From assembly GCA_964016885.1 (NCBI GenBank), contig OZ024740.1, positions 133,672,001-133,736,000 on the forward strand: DNA of 64,000 nucleotides. Direction: 5' to 3'. Origin of the DNA: Eledone cirrhosa (lineage: Eukaryota). Positions within the stretch are counted from its first letter, which is position 1; every line of letters starts with the position of its first letter. The position numbers were made by a program, and so were the translations under genes. This document shows, piece by piece, positions 25,691-38,912 of the stretch. The notes under the pieces were generated by a model. That model did not search any database, had not been told where the DNA came from, and was given only the letters and a program-made list of their open reading frames with translations.

Positions 25691-26655
25691 CTTGGGACGA
25701 GTGTGAAGTCGTCACTTCTTAATGGGGCCATGGAGTGTTCTCTGGCCTCCTGTGGTGTTTCAAAGAACACGTCCACAGTTCCATATTTCTGCCCACGTCT
25801 GATGTGGGGTTTTTTGTCCACACATGTCCTAAAGCTTTTTGAATTTGGGACTCGGATGACCGTTCCTCTCGGCGCGATTTTATGTTAATTGTTCGATAAG
25901 ACATGGTGCATAGGCGACGATGCTCCATTTTATTAGGTGGGAGGGGTGAGGCTGAACCTGTACCCATCTTTCTTTACCATTCTTTTGGCTTCTTCTAATT
26001 CCTCCTGAGTTACGTGGAAGCTTCACACGTTTTTGCTACTCTGGCAAAAGTTAGGGTAGTTTTCTTAATTTCATTGTTGCTGTTGTTGTTATCGTTATTT
26101 TTGTTATTGTTAATTTTAGTTTCAGTTGTGGTGGTGGTGGTGGTGGTGGTGGCGTCAGTGGTATTCGGTGTGGAAGAGTTCATTTTTGTTGAATTCATTT
26201 CGATATCACGAGTTAATTATTTTTTTCTTTTGTTTCTGTTCTCGCTGGGGGGGGGGGGGGGGGGGCATTAACAACTGCAGTCATTGGTAAGTGCGAGAAA
26301 TGAATGTCTGCCTGAGACAAATTTAAAATATCGCTACTGCTTATATGTTTAGTGTTGGCAAACGTAGTAATATTTACAATGGTGGTGTCGGTGTGAGGTG
26401 TTAGTTTGTGAGGAAGGTGTGAATTTGAGTCGGCCAAGATTTTTCAAAGAAAATTTTTTTTTGTTTGATAATTATAAAAAGTTTAAATTTTGGGCTCAAG
26501 GTCGCAATCTTTTTGAGTGTCCTTTTCAGAAATCAATGTATGTGCACTTATATACAGTTAAAGATAAACAATTTCCATAAATGTCAATTTTAAACAACTG
26601 AAAATAACAAACCTTTGCGGAGCTCACGATGATACAATTTACTAAGTAGGTCGCC
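25550..26655 (-). mobile_element. Tx1-like family A, 5' UTR and ORF1 N-terminal part only
   Basis: 26355-26655 closely matches 21597-21886. ORF1 fragments MADSNSH..., RRGQKYGTVDVFFET..VKIRV. Confidence 0.85.
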
Positions 26656-26677
26656 AATAATAATAATAATAATAATT

Positions 26678-27018
26678 TGAAAAATTGAGCAAGTATAAGG
26701 ACCTGGAGATAGAAATTGGAAAAATGTGGAAATTGAGAACTAAAACAATACCAGTGGTTTTAGGCGCTCTAGGAATGATACCTAAGGGGTCTAATGATTA
26801 CTTATCGCAAATCCCAAGAAAGATAATACTAATGGGAACTGCCTATATAATAAGGAAGATTCTGTCAATATAAGTACATCATAAGTATAAACACCTAAAG
26901 ATGCATGTGTGTGTATGTATGTTCTTTCTTGAACATGGCGGACCTTGTTGCCTCTTGAGGTCACTGGTTGTGACTTGGTGATAACTCGTATGAACATAAA
27001 GCAAGATAAATGCAGCTA
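26678..27018 (+). mobile_element. 3' fragment of a second Dong-like family
   Basis: EKLSKYKDLEIEIGKMWKLRTKTIPVVLGALG, the end of a restriction-like endonuclease; (TAA)n on both sides. Confidence 0.85.
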
Positions 27019-27035
27019 TAATAATAATAATAATA

Positions 27036-27227
27036 ATTGTTTCTACTTTTGGCACAAGGCAAGAAATTTACCAGTGCATTACTGGTACTTTGTTTTATCG
27101 ACCCCGTGAGGATGAAAGGCAAAGTTAACCTCGGCGGGATTTGAACTCAGAATAGCAAGGGCTGTAACTTTATGCGTCAAAGCATGGCGTCCAACCCTCT
27201 ACCGATACTGCCAATTCACTGCCCTCT
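27036..27227 (-). mobile_element. tRNA-derived SINE, full length, inside a (TAA)n run
   Basis: Reverse complement of the SINE at 10941-11120; (TAA)n on both flanks. Confidence 0.9.
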
Positions 27228-27242
27228 AATAATAATAATAAT

Positions 27243-30200
27243 GATTTCATTTATTAGCCACGAGGGCCGACATGTAGGGGACAATACAAAGACAGGGACA
27301 GTGGGGGTTTACAATAAGGTCGAGTAAAAGTGCACAGTGGCAAGAGTAATTTAACAATGAAGATATAAAAATATAAAATAAACTATGCATAATTATACCA
27401 AAATAAATTCCCCGACAGGGGGTGGACGACTCTGGGGTGACTCGGGTACCCCACCAATCCTGATACCCTGCCCTTCTAGGGCACCCAGGGAGAGCACCCC
27501 TCTCCTCAAGTTAGCTAGCCTATAGGAGCATGGTCAGAGTAGGCCCATTCACACGAGCTATTCTCGCCACATACATCCACCTTTTAGCAAATGTACTGAA
27601 GGCGCAGCACTTCTCTCTCCACCCTCACCTTCCTTTCCAGGTGAAACTTGAAGAAGTTGATGAGGGATTGGCCGAAGAGAAAAGTGTCTGTCTTCAGTCC
27701 TTTTAACCTGGTCCACCATATAACATCTTTCTGCTAACATTCCAGGTGCCAGTCACCCAGTCTCGGTCTCTTCTTGACCCAGGACTGCAGCTCAGTCAAA
27801 GAAATGAGCTGCGGAAAGGCTCGTCTGAAAACGGCGACCACACCTGTTCACCGTTGAGGCAGAATATCTGGAGATGTCGCAGCCTCAAAGCATGTCTGCG
27901 CGTCATTAGCCACGGCATGCCCAGCCCTCCGCGTAAAGGGTGCTGGCAGCAGATGGACCGCGTCACCAACGGAACTTGTCCCCTTCACAAGAATTTGAAG
28001 AAGAGCCGTTCCAACTTGACGAGGCGCGGTAGGGGGCAAGGCACGACGGTCAGACGGTAGTAGATGACGGACGCGATGTACGCATTCGACACCTCCGCGA
28101 GATATTTCAGTGATAGCTTCCTCCCAGCCCAGCGGGATGCCCTGCAACAGCTCCAGCTTCCGCAGTAAGGGCTCGAGAGTCAATACGTACAGAAGGGAAG
28201 AGAGAGGGCACCCTTGACGGACCGATTGGGAGAGCCGAAATGGTTCCGAGAGGTGGCTATTAACCTTTACCACTGAACGTGTGCCACTGTGCAATGCAGC
28301 GATCCATCTTCTGAAGACGGGGCCGAAGCCAGCTGCTTTGAGGACAAATTCCAGATACCGATGGTCGACCCTATCGAATGCTTTCGATTGATCTAAATTG
28401 ATCAGTGCCCCACCGAAGCCAGGTTTACAACCTACCCACTCTATGATGTATCGCATGAGGTGGAGATTGTCGTGTATGGACCTGGCTGGGATTGTGCAAG
28501 TTTGCGCCTCCCCAACCAAATCCTCGACGACAAGCGCCAATCTCTTTGCTAACACCTTGGCCAAAATCTTAAACTCTGTGTTGAGCAGAGTTATGGGCCT
28601 GAAGTTGTCTAATGTATCCCTCTTGTTCTCGTCTTTCCTTATCAGCGTCACCACTCCCCTGCTCACAGAACTGGGAATACTCCCATTCTGCTGCCAGTTG
28701 CAGTAGAGTGCTTCGTGGAGATCGGAGAACAAGTGTGGCATATTTACGTAAAGCTCGTAGGGCAGGCCATCCAAATTGGGTGACTTGCGCCTCATGCAGC
28801 CGACAAGGGCGTCCTGAATTTCGGCTGAAGTAATCGGCCTTTCGCAGCGCTCAGCGTCGACCGTCGAGATGCGCCGCTAGCCGTCAAGGTAGGGACTGAA
28901 ATCCGCTACACTCTCTGACGCGCCACTCTCCACGAACAACCGAGCAAAGTGCTGGCGAAACGCCTCACCCATCCGCTTGGAATCGCTTATGTCGTGTCCG
29001 TCTGGGTTCACCAAAGACCGAATTGTATATTTATTACCATGCAGCGCCTTCGGTACGCGGGCCCATCGGACAGCTTTGGTTCCCTCGTTTCTCAGCGCAC
29101 GCGCCTTAGCTCTGAAATGCAACCTTCGTGTTTGGCATTGAAGAAATGGTCTAATGCCATTCTCGCCGCTAGCATGTCAGTTGCAAAGCCACTACAAATA
29201 GCCTCGTCTAACTTATCTACCAGCTCCCCCTCCTTTCTATTTTTCTCTGACGCTAGTTCTTTGCTGAACTCTATCGAAGTTACTCTAATCTCTCTTTTGA
29301 GAGCCCCCCACCATCTGTTCTTGATGATCCCCTGTCAACTTTTGCTTTACTAAATTGTTGACTCGGCCCCTGTAAGACTTACGGGCCGGAAGTGACATGT
29401 TCAGCTTCCAGTAACGCGGTCCTAACCTACGCGTTTTATCTAGGTCGACCGTACAGATCACAAACTTGTGATCTGAATAGGCGACCGTTTTAAACAGTGG
29501 GCAACCCACACTATTTCTATCTATTTTCCTAATGAAGATCCTGTCTATATACGATCTAGATGACCCCATTCGGTTGATCCATGCCCATACATGTACTCCA
29601 AAGCAGCCTCGACCTCTGCTTGGCTGGCAAGTTCCACTTTTCGTGTCTGCACCGAAATGCATCGAAAGTACACCGTCCTCCTTTGCATGGCCGCTATTGC
29701 CTCGTCCGGGATGGTCAGGACTTCTCCAGGACTTCTCCCGTTTAATTAGCCTCCACGCTTGGGCCAGCTGTTCGTCTTTATCGCTAATATCAATATTCAA
29801 TAAGCGCTTTGTTTTTGCTGCTGCTGCAGCAAATGTGGTGCTTCTGATGCACTTGTTGTAGGTGTTGTCATTCTTGCTGTTGTTATTGGTGTTGTTGTGG
29901 TTGTTTTGGTTGTTGATGCTGTTGCCACCGCCATCCGTGTTTACATTGAAGCTGTCGGTGTTATTGTCGTTATTGCTCTGAGTTGTTGTTGTTGTGGTGG
30001 TGGTGGCGGCGGTGGTGGTGATTTCGTTTTCAGATGATACTGCTGCTATCACAGAAGGTTGTGATGGTAGCTTTTGAGTTTTGCCTTCACATTCAGTAGA
30101 GTGGATGACAGGCATGACTGTAGCCGTCGTAGTCTTGGTGAAATCTACAGTGGCTGCCTTTAAACTTTTGACCTGAACGTTGTTTACCGTTTCAAGGTCG

Positions 30201-30435
30201 CAAATTTCCATTATTTTTTGGGTGGAGAAGCGATTTTTTTCGAAGTTTTTAAAAAATAGATCTGAATATTCGGGCTTAAAGCCCGAATATTGAGAGGTAT
30301 CCCTCTCTTTAAATCAAGATGTGTACCTTATGTTTCGTTAACGACAAGAAAATACAAAAAATGACACTTTAAAACAGCTTAAAGTTACGAATCTTTTTCC
30401 CCGCAGATTTGTACTGTCTTCACACATGTGCGTCC
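27243..30435 (-). mobile_element. Tx1-like family B, both ends present, several internal deletions
   Basis: ORF1 start fused to the end of the APE domain (SYIDRIF..YSDHK..YWKLN); RT motifs LDQSKAFDRVDH and VRQGCPLS; YADD region deleted. The 3' end is shared with 34152. Confidence 0.9.
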
Positions 30436-30457
30436 ATAATAATATTATAATAATAAT

Positions 30458-31279
30458 GCTTTCTTTATTAACCACAAGGGTTTACATAAATAGACATTAA
30501 GGACAGTACAGGACAATACCGGACGTTATAAATGGGCATTTCTGCGTGTAAAATAAAAAAGAGGATGTAATAATAGAACAATGAAAAAATTTCACAATAG
30601 GGGGGAGACTTCCGAGGTCCATCGTGGAGAAAGCCCATTAAAAAAGCCACGGTGACCCTGACCACCAGGGCAATTGTCCTCTCCCAGTTTTATACCTTCA
30701 ATTTACAGGCATATACTCAGAATAGGTCCACTCACTCGGGCCATTCTTGCCTCTCTCACCCATCTTTCAAGAAAAAGCTGAGAAGGGAGCACTTCCCTCT
30801 CCACGCTGATTTTCCTTTTCAAATGAAATTGGAAAAAGTTAATCAGGGCCTCACCGAAGAGTTAAGTGCTCGCCTTCAGCCCTTTTAGATGTGTCCACCA
30901 TGCTATCTCTTTCGCCATGGCCACCAGACAGATAAAAACTGCCTTCCCTTCCCGGCTAAAGGAAGAGGGAGGGGCAATCCTCATGATGGGCTCAGCTGAT
31001 AGTCGGATCCGTTCTACACGCGACAGCAGGTGTTCGACATAAACCCACAAGTCAGCAATGCTCGGACACTGGACGAGTGCATGCAGGACGGTTTCGTCGC
31101 CCTGCGCGCATCTTGGACATGCCCGACTGACGGCACCTCCATGCCTGTAGAGTTTATCCCGAACTGGCAAAGCTCCTCGGTAGCACTGCCAGGCCAGGGA
31201 TTTCTGAAAGTTGTTCATAGGCCCCTGCCAGAAAGTTCTTTCAAAGACATTGGCTAGTTGATTTTCGTCGACGCCTAGA
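30458..31279 (-). mobile_element. Tx1-like family A, 5'-truncated 3' fragment
   Basis: Matches 17961-18768; FQKSLAWQCYRGALPVRDKL..CPRC..HALVQC. Confidence 0.92.
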
Positions 31280-31299
31280 TAATAATGATAATAATAAAA

Positions 31300-34129
31300 A
31301 TGGTTTCTTTATTGGCTACAAGGTATGACACGAAGAACATTAGAAACGGCACAGAATAGTACAGGAAGATACAAGGTGGGTTTGGGTCGTGTAAACATGT
31401 TATAACAAAATCGGGCTAGAAATCCAAAATAATTCAAACAACAAAAATTCCACAAGAAGGGGGAAAACTCCGAGAGTCACTCGTGGTGAAAACCACACAA
31501 AAGACCACGGCCACCCTGACCGCCCTCTCTCACTTTTCCCACTCCTCAGTCTACAGAGCGGGCCCGTTCACTCGGACCAAACCTGCTACTTTCACCGACA
31601 TTTCAACAAACTTACTAGAAGACAGCACTTGCCTCTCCACCCTGATTTTTCTCTTCAAGTGAAACTTGAAATAGTTGATCAGGGATTGGCCACTACACAA
31701 TCTCTTTCGCCATGGCCACCAGGCAGATGAAAACTGCCTGCCCTTCCTCCTCTTTAAAGTATGATGGCGGGGCTATCTACACAATGGACTCAATCGATAA
31801 CCAGATGGGTCCTACACGCGACCCAGCTGTTCGATATAGCTCCACAAGTCAGCAATCCTCGTGCACTGAACGTTTGCGTGCAGGACGGTTTCGTTTCCCT
31901 GCGCGCATCTTGGACAGGCTCGACTGACAGTACATCCGTGCCTGTAGAGCTTATCTCGAACCGGCAACGCTCCCCGGTAGCACTGCCAAGCCAGGGATTT
32001 CTGGAAGTTGTTCATAGGCCCCGGTCTGAAAATTCTCTTGAAGAGAGCGAACAGCTGATAGTCTTCGACGCCCATGGTCTCCCCGAGAACGTCATCGCTC
32101 TATCGCTCCACTAGCCCTCTATAGAACGCCGAGGTAGATGTTCCACCGATACTAGGGCCCAGCCGGTAGATGGCGGTGGGCGCTTGGAGACATTCCAGCT
32201 TCCAAGACTATCCCTCGGAATTTTCCTGATCCAGAACTGCAGCTCCGTCAAGGAGAGGAGCTGGGGGAAAAGCGCGTCTGGCAAACGGCGACCACACCTG
32301 TTCACCGTCAAGAAAGCACCAGAGATGTCGCAGCCTCAGTGCATGTTTGCGCATCATAAGCCACGGCATGCCTAGTCGTCCACGCAACGGGTGTTGACAG
32401 CAAATGGATCGTCTGACCATGGGAGCACGTCCCTTCAACAAAAAGCGGAAGAGAAGGAGCTCCATTTTGGTCAGAGTTAGGCGGGGGCAAGGTACGACGG
32501 ACAGGCGGTAGCAGATGACGGACGCTATGTACGCATTCGCCACATCTACCAGACCTTTAAGAGACAGCCTCCTCTCGGACAATTACTGGGTGAGAGAGGC
32601 CACTCTTCTCGTCACCTCGCTCCAGTTTTTCTCTATCTGGAGGTCCGGACCGAACCAGACACTACAATTTAACCAGTCCTTCCGTCCAGCGCCCCACGAC
32701 GCTGTCGGACGGCATGGACTTGCCTCTCTAGGTGCCGAGTTGCAAGCCCACCGACTTTTCCTGTTTTATCTTTGCTCCTATCACCGCTTCGTATTGCTTG
32801 AGAGCGGGCCGAGCATCTGGACGTGTTTGGTGCTCGACACCACCACGGTGACGTCGTCGGAGTAAGCTTACACGGATCTCCCGCATCACAGTTCGCGTGG
32901 GACCCCCTCATCGTCTCCAAATTCTGTAGTAAAGGCTCTAGGGCCAGTAAGTACAAGAGGGACGAGAGGGAGAAACGCTGGCGGACCGAGCGCATGATGC
33001 TGAAAGGCTGACAGGTGACCATTCACCCTCACAATCGAGCAGATGTCGCTGTGCATCGCAGACATCCAGCCTCTAAAAACGGCCCCGAAATCGGCCGCCT
33101 CGATGACCGCAGCCAGGTACCAATGGTCGACCCTATCAAATGCGTTAGATTGATCCAATTTGATCAGGGCCCCACCTGTGCCAGGTTCCTTAACCACCCT
33201 CTCGATGATGTATCGCATGAGATGGAGGTTTTCGTGGATGGATCTGTCTGGGATGGCGCATGTCTGTGCCTCTCCCACCAGACCACCAACGACAAGCGCC
33301 AATCTCTTTGCTAACACCTTGGCCAAAATCTTAAACTCTCCGTTTAGCAGAGTTATGGGCCTGAAGTTGTCTATAACGTCCCCTTTGTTCGGGTCTTTTC
33401 TCAGCAGCTCCACCGCTCCCCGGCTCACAAAACTGGGAATGCTCCCGTTCTGCTGCCAGTTGCAGTAAATATATGCCAAGACGTCACCGAACAAGTCTGG
33501 CATATACGCTTAAAGCTCGTAGGGTAGACCATCCAAACCTGGCGAGTTACCCCTCGAGCAGTGTCACATATTTCACCTGCTGTTATCGGCTTTTCGCAGC
33601 ACTGCTCTGGGGTCGTCGAGAGCCGCGGCAGTCTGTCGAGGTATACACCGAAGTACATACTCCGATCCGGCCTGCCGCCGCTCCCGAACAATTGAGTAAA
33701 GTGCTGTTGAAAAGCCGTACACATCTGCTCGGGTTCGAGCAACATGTGCCCGTTTTGATCAGGCAAACACCGAATTGTAGACTTGTTGCCACGTCGCGCC
33801 TGTAGTTGGTGTGGTAATTTTTTGTGGTGGTGTCTGTTGTAACAATGTTTGTAACCCCCCTCTCAACTTATACGCCGTTGTCAGACGACAGCAGACATAT
33901 TGCTGGGGGGCGTGGCTCAGCCATGTTTTTTTTTCTAACAATTTTTTTTTTTAAAGTAAAATGTTCAAATATTTGAGTCAAAAGGCCCAAATATTTTACT
34001 TTCCCCTTCACAGGGCTAAGTCTAAGGGCTTCCATCCCTTACAAAACAAGAAATATTTAACAACAAATAATTTTAACAGGCAAATAAAGCGTCTTACTGG
34101 GAGCGAGCAAAAAGCGTCCGAACAGACCG
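31300..34129 (-). mobile_element. Tx1-like family C, both ends present, most of ORF1 and the APE domain deleted
   Basis: RT (NFRPITLLN, LDQSNAFDRVDH) and C-terminal zinc finger. Distinct 3' UTR. The 5' UTR and ATGGCTGAG start join at ~33800. Confidence 0.88.
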
Positions 34130-34151
34130 ATAATAATAATAATAATAATAA

Positions 34152-37100
34152 GTTCATTTATTGGCCACAAGGGCCGACATATAGGGGACAATACAAAAGA
34201 CTGGGACAGTGGGGTTTTACAGAAAAATCGAGTAAACAATATGAATAACAATAACAAAGTAACAATAAAATTACAACAAGAAAGAATTCCCCAATAGGGA
34301 GGATGACCACCTAGGGTTCACTCAAGTACCCCACCAATCCTGAACTACCCGACGCTTCGAGAGCACCCTGGAAGGGCACCCCCTTTCCTCCTCAAATTTA
34401 CCTACCTACAGCCGCATGACCAGAGTAGGCCCACTCACACGGGCCATTCTCGCCACATTCACCCACCTTTCAGAAAATGTACTGGGGGGGGGGGGGGGGG
34501 CAGCACTTCTCACTGCACCCTCACCTTCCTTTCCAAGTGAAACTTCAAAAAGTTGATGAGGGATTGGCCGAAGAGAAAAGTGCCTGTCTTCAGTCCTTTC
34601 AACCTCGTCCACCATACAACCTCTTTCGCTAGAGCCACCAGACAGAGGAAAAATTGCCTGCCCTTCCTGGCCAAAACAGGCGGCGGGTCGATCTTCACTA
34701 TGGACTCGGCCGATAGCCGGATCCGTTCTACATGCTGTTCTAACAGCTGTTCAACATAACTCCACAAGTCAGTAATGCACGGACACTGGACGAGTGCGTG
34801 CAGAACGGTTTCGTCGCTCTGCGCGCATCTCGGGCAAGTCCGTCTGACAGCACTTCCGTGCCTGTAGAGTTTATCTCGAACCGGCAGTTCCCCCGGTAGC
34901 ACTGCCAAGCGAGGGATTTTTGGAAATTATCCATTGTCTCCGGCTCGAAAGTCCTCCGGTACAGACTGGTTAGTTCGACTTCGTTGACTCCCAGAGCCTC
35001 TCCGAGTGCGTCGTCGCACTTGCCCACCACTAATCCTCTATTGAACTCGAGAGTGGAAGTTCCGCATTGCCCGCCTGGTAGAGGGCAGTGAGTGCCTGGC
35101 AACATTCCAGATGCCAGTCACCCAGTCTCGGTCTCTTCTTGACCCAGGACTGTAGCTCAGTCAAAGAAACGAGCTGCGGAAAGGCCCGTCTGACAAACGG
35201 CGACCACACCTGTTCACCGTTTAGGCAGAATATCTGGAGATGCCGCAGCCTCAACACATGCCTGCGCATCATTAGCCACGGTACGCCCAGCCCTCCACGT
35301 AGAGGGTGCTGGTAGCAGATGGACCGCCTCACTAGCGGAACCTGACCCCTCCACAAGAATTTGAAGAGGAGCCGCTCCAAGATGGCGAGGCGCGAACGGA
35401 GGCAGGGGACGACGGTCAGACTGTAGTAGATGACATAAGCGATGTACGCGTTCGCCACCTCCGCTCAACCTTTCAGTGATAGCTTCATCCCAGCCCATTT
35501 CTGGGTGAGACTGACTACCCTGCACGTCACCTCGTCCCAATTCTTATCCACCTGGAGGTCTGGCCCGAACCAAACCCCTAGCAACTTTACCGGTCCGTCC
35601 GTCCAGTGCCTAACGACGCTGTTGGACGGCATGGACTTGCCTCTCAGGTGCCGAGTTGCAAGCCCACCGACTTTTCCGGGTTAAGTTTTGCTCTCGTCAA
35701 CCTTTCATATTCCTCCAATAAGTTGCCGACCACCTTGATTTCTGAGGTGTCCGACACTATCACGGTGATGTCGTCCGCATAAGCAGACACAGCCTTTCCG
35801 CGTCCCGCTTCGAGCAGGATACACTGCAACAGCTCCAGCTTCCGCAGTAAAGGCTCGAGAGTCAATACGTACAGAAAGGAGGAGAGAGGGGACCCTTGAC
35901 GGACCGATCGGGAGACCTGAAACGGTTCCGAGAGGTGGCCATTAATTTTGACCATCGAGCAGGTGCTGCTGTGCATTGCAGCGATCCAGCTTCTGAAGAC
36001 GGGGCCAACGCCAGCCGCCTTGAGGACAGCCTCCAGGTACCGATGGTCGACCCTAACGAATGCTTTCGATTGATCTAAATTGATCAGAGCCCCACCGAAG
36101 CCAGGTTTACACCCAACCCTCTCTATGATGTATCGCATTATGTGGAGGTTGTCGTGTATGGACCTGGTTGGGATTGCGCAAGTTTGCGCGTCCCCAATCA
36201 AATCCCCGACGACAAGCGCCAACCTCTTCGCTAACACTCTGGCCAAAATCTTAAACTCTGTGCTGAGCAGAGTTATGGGCCTGACATTGTCTAATGTGTC
36301 CCTCTTGTTCTCGTCTTTCCTGATCAGCGTCACTACGCCCGGGCTCACAATACTGGGAATACACCCGTTTTGCTGCTAGTTGCAGTAGAGGGCTTCGAGG
36401 AGATCGGAGAACATGTCTGGCATATTTACGTAAAGCTCGTATGGCAGACCATCCAAACCTGGTGACTTGCGCCTCATGCAGCCGACAAGGCGATCCTGAA
36501 TCTCGGCTGAAGTAATTGGCCTTTCACAGCGCCCAGCGTCAGCCGTCGAGAGTTGCGGCAAGCCTTCGAGGTAGGGACTGAAGTCCGCCACCATCTCTGA
36601 CCCGCCACTCCCCCGAACAACCGAGCAAAATGTTGGCGAATGGTCTCGGACATCCGCTTGGAATCGCTCAGCTCGTGTCCGTCTCGGTTCGGTAAAGACC
36701 GAATCGTCGTTTAATTACCATGCTCCGCCTCTGCTACGCGGGCCCATCGAACAGCTTTGGATCTCTCGTTTCTCAGAGCACGGGCCTTAGTTCTGACAAT
36801 GCAACCTTCGTGTTTCGCATTGAAGAAATGGTCTAATGCCATTCTCGCCGCTAGCACGTCAGTTGCAATGCCACTACCAATAGCCTCGTCTAACTTATCT
36901 ACCAACTCCCCCTTCTTTCTATTTTTCTCTAACGCTACTTCTTCGCTAAACTCTATTGACATTACTCTAATCTCTCGTTTGAGAGGCCCCACCATCTATT
37001 GTTGACGACTCCCCCTGTCAACTTTTTCTTAAGTAAATTGTTGACCTGGTCTCTGTAAGCCTTACGAACCGGAAATGACATCTTTAGCTTCCAGTAACCA

Positions 37101-38877
37101 GGTCCTAACCTACGCGTCTTATCTAGGTGGACCATACAGATCACAAACTTGTGATCTGAACAGGCGACCGTTTCAAAACGTGGACAGCTTACACTATTTC
37201 TGTCTATTTTCATAATGAATATCCTGTCTATATACGATCTAGATGAAATTATGCGGTTAGCCCAGGCCAACACTGGCGCATTAGGGAAATCTAGTCGGTA
37301 CCTGTCAGACAGTTGGAACTGGCTGATCAGGTTCTTGAGGCGTTTGCACCCCCGCTCCTATCGGCTACTCCCACACAATCCCAGCGTGCGTCTAAGATGC
37401 CATTCCAGTCCCCCGCTAACAGTAAAGGGCGAGACGTGCCCAGAAGGGTTCCAGGCGTCTAAAGAAGTCCGGCCGTCCTGCCCCAGTAGGAGCATAGACA
37501 GCCACCAGTCTAAAGGCACCACTTTCGTTATTGTTCACGTCCAGGACCACCAACTTCCCGTCCGGGTCCCGGAAGATTGACCTTACCTCGAGATCCAGGC
37601 CTTTCCTAAACAGCACTGCCACCCGGCCTCTCATTCCCGGCCGGCTAACAGATGCAAAGATCTGATAGTCGTCGAAAATGGGGGCGAGTGCGCGCGTGTC
37701 GGAAATCCTGGTCTCGCTGACGGCAATTACATCCATTTCTATAGACCTGAGGTCATTGAGCAGGTGACCCTGCTTCCAGGACGATCCCAGGCCTCGAACA
37801 TTTAAACATCGTACTCTTAATACGGCCATGTTGGCAAGTTAAAATGAGAGAGAGGAAAGGTTTACTTACCTTCCGGGCTCTTGTGAAGCTCGGGTCGTTC
37901 GACCTCCATAGTTGGTGGGGTTTCTTTTGGGAACCCCTTTAAAAGTCTTGAAGTTGGTTTTACGTTCGGGGTTCCCTGGTCCCGACAAAAGCTGTCTCGT
38001 ATTTCTTTGTATAATTCGATCGACATTCGCACCAGAACCAAATCTTCCGGCACGCGAGATTTGCTCGATTAAAAATTCCCCCCTCTTTTTGTATATTTTC
38101 ACTTCGTGCTACGAGGGCCATCAGTTCCTTGTTGGCCCTCCTGACGAGCACGAAGTTTTATATGTTTTGTTGGTGTAATTTTATTTGTTTGCGTGGCTGT
38201 GTTGGTTGTGGTCCTCGCCTCGGCGTCGGCAGGAGTGGAGCCTTTCGTCCACTTGCCTCTTTCAGCAGTTGAGGGCAGAAGGCTCGCAAATGGGTTTTTT
38301 GCCCACAAACAAAACACTGCTGCCTTTTGCCTTCGGTCATAATGTGAATGACCGTCCCATTCTGAGGACGGATGTGGTCCAGGAATGTCTTCACATTCTC
38401 GGTCCTGATCTGGAGATGGATCTCCAGGTCAACCCCGGACCACCTCTCTGGCCGTTCTGGTCACTTCTATAGGGACGGTATCAGTCCCCTCCACAATCAC
38501 ACATCCCAGAAGCCACCACATGTCAATTCCTGGTGGGATTCTGGGAATGCAGAGACGGGCCGTTCTTTTTCCCACGTGGGAGGGGTACATTATGACCTTG
38601 CTGGTTTTGCAAGGAGTCATAGCGTGTTTCATAGCGAGGGCTTCTGACTTGAACAACACCGAAATGGTGCCGTACTGTCTGCCCTCTCTATGTATTCGGT
38701 GTCTTCTCTGATGCACCTCAGCGCGACTTCGACATCTTCTTGTGGGATTAAAGCTGCCCTTTTGGTTTGTGCTGAGATGCATCTATAATGCACCGTTATG
38801 CACTCCACTGCCTCAATAGCTTCTACCGGGACAGTTATTTTGGCCCAGGTTTGCTCTTGCTTGATTAGCTTCCATGC
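34152..38877 (-). mobile_element. Tx1-like family B, near full length (ORF1 with zinc knuckle + ORF2), decayed, 5' end lost
   Basis: ORF1 CFVCGQKTHLRAFC (CCHC); ORF2 CLNVRG..AVSET, VRQGSPLS, AYADD, CPRC..HALVQC. Confidence 0.93.
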
Positions 38878-38912
38878 CTAGTACCAACGTTCACACAGAA
38901 AAATGAATTCAT

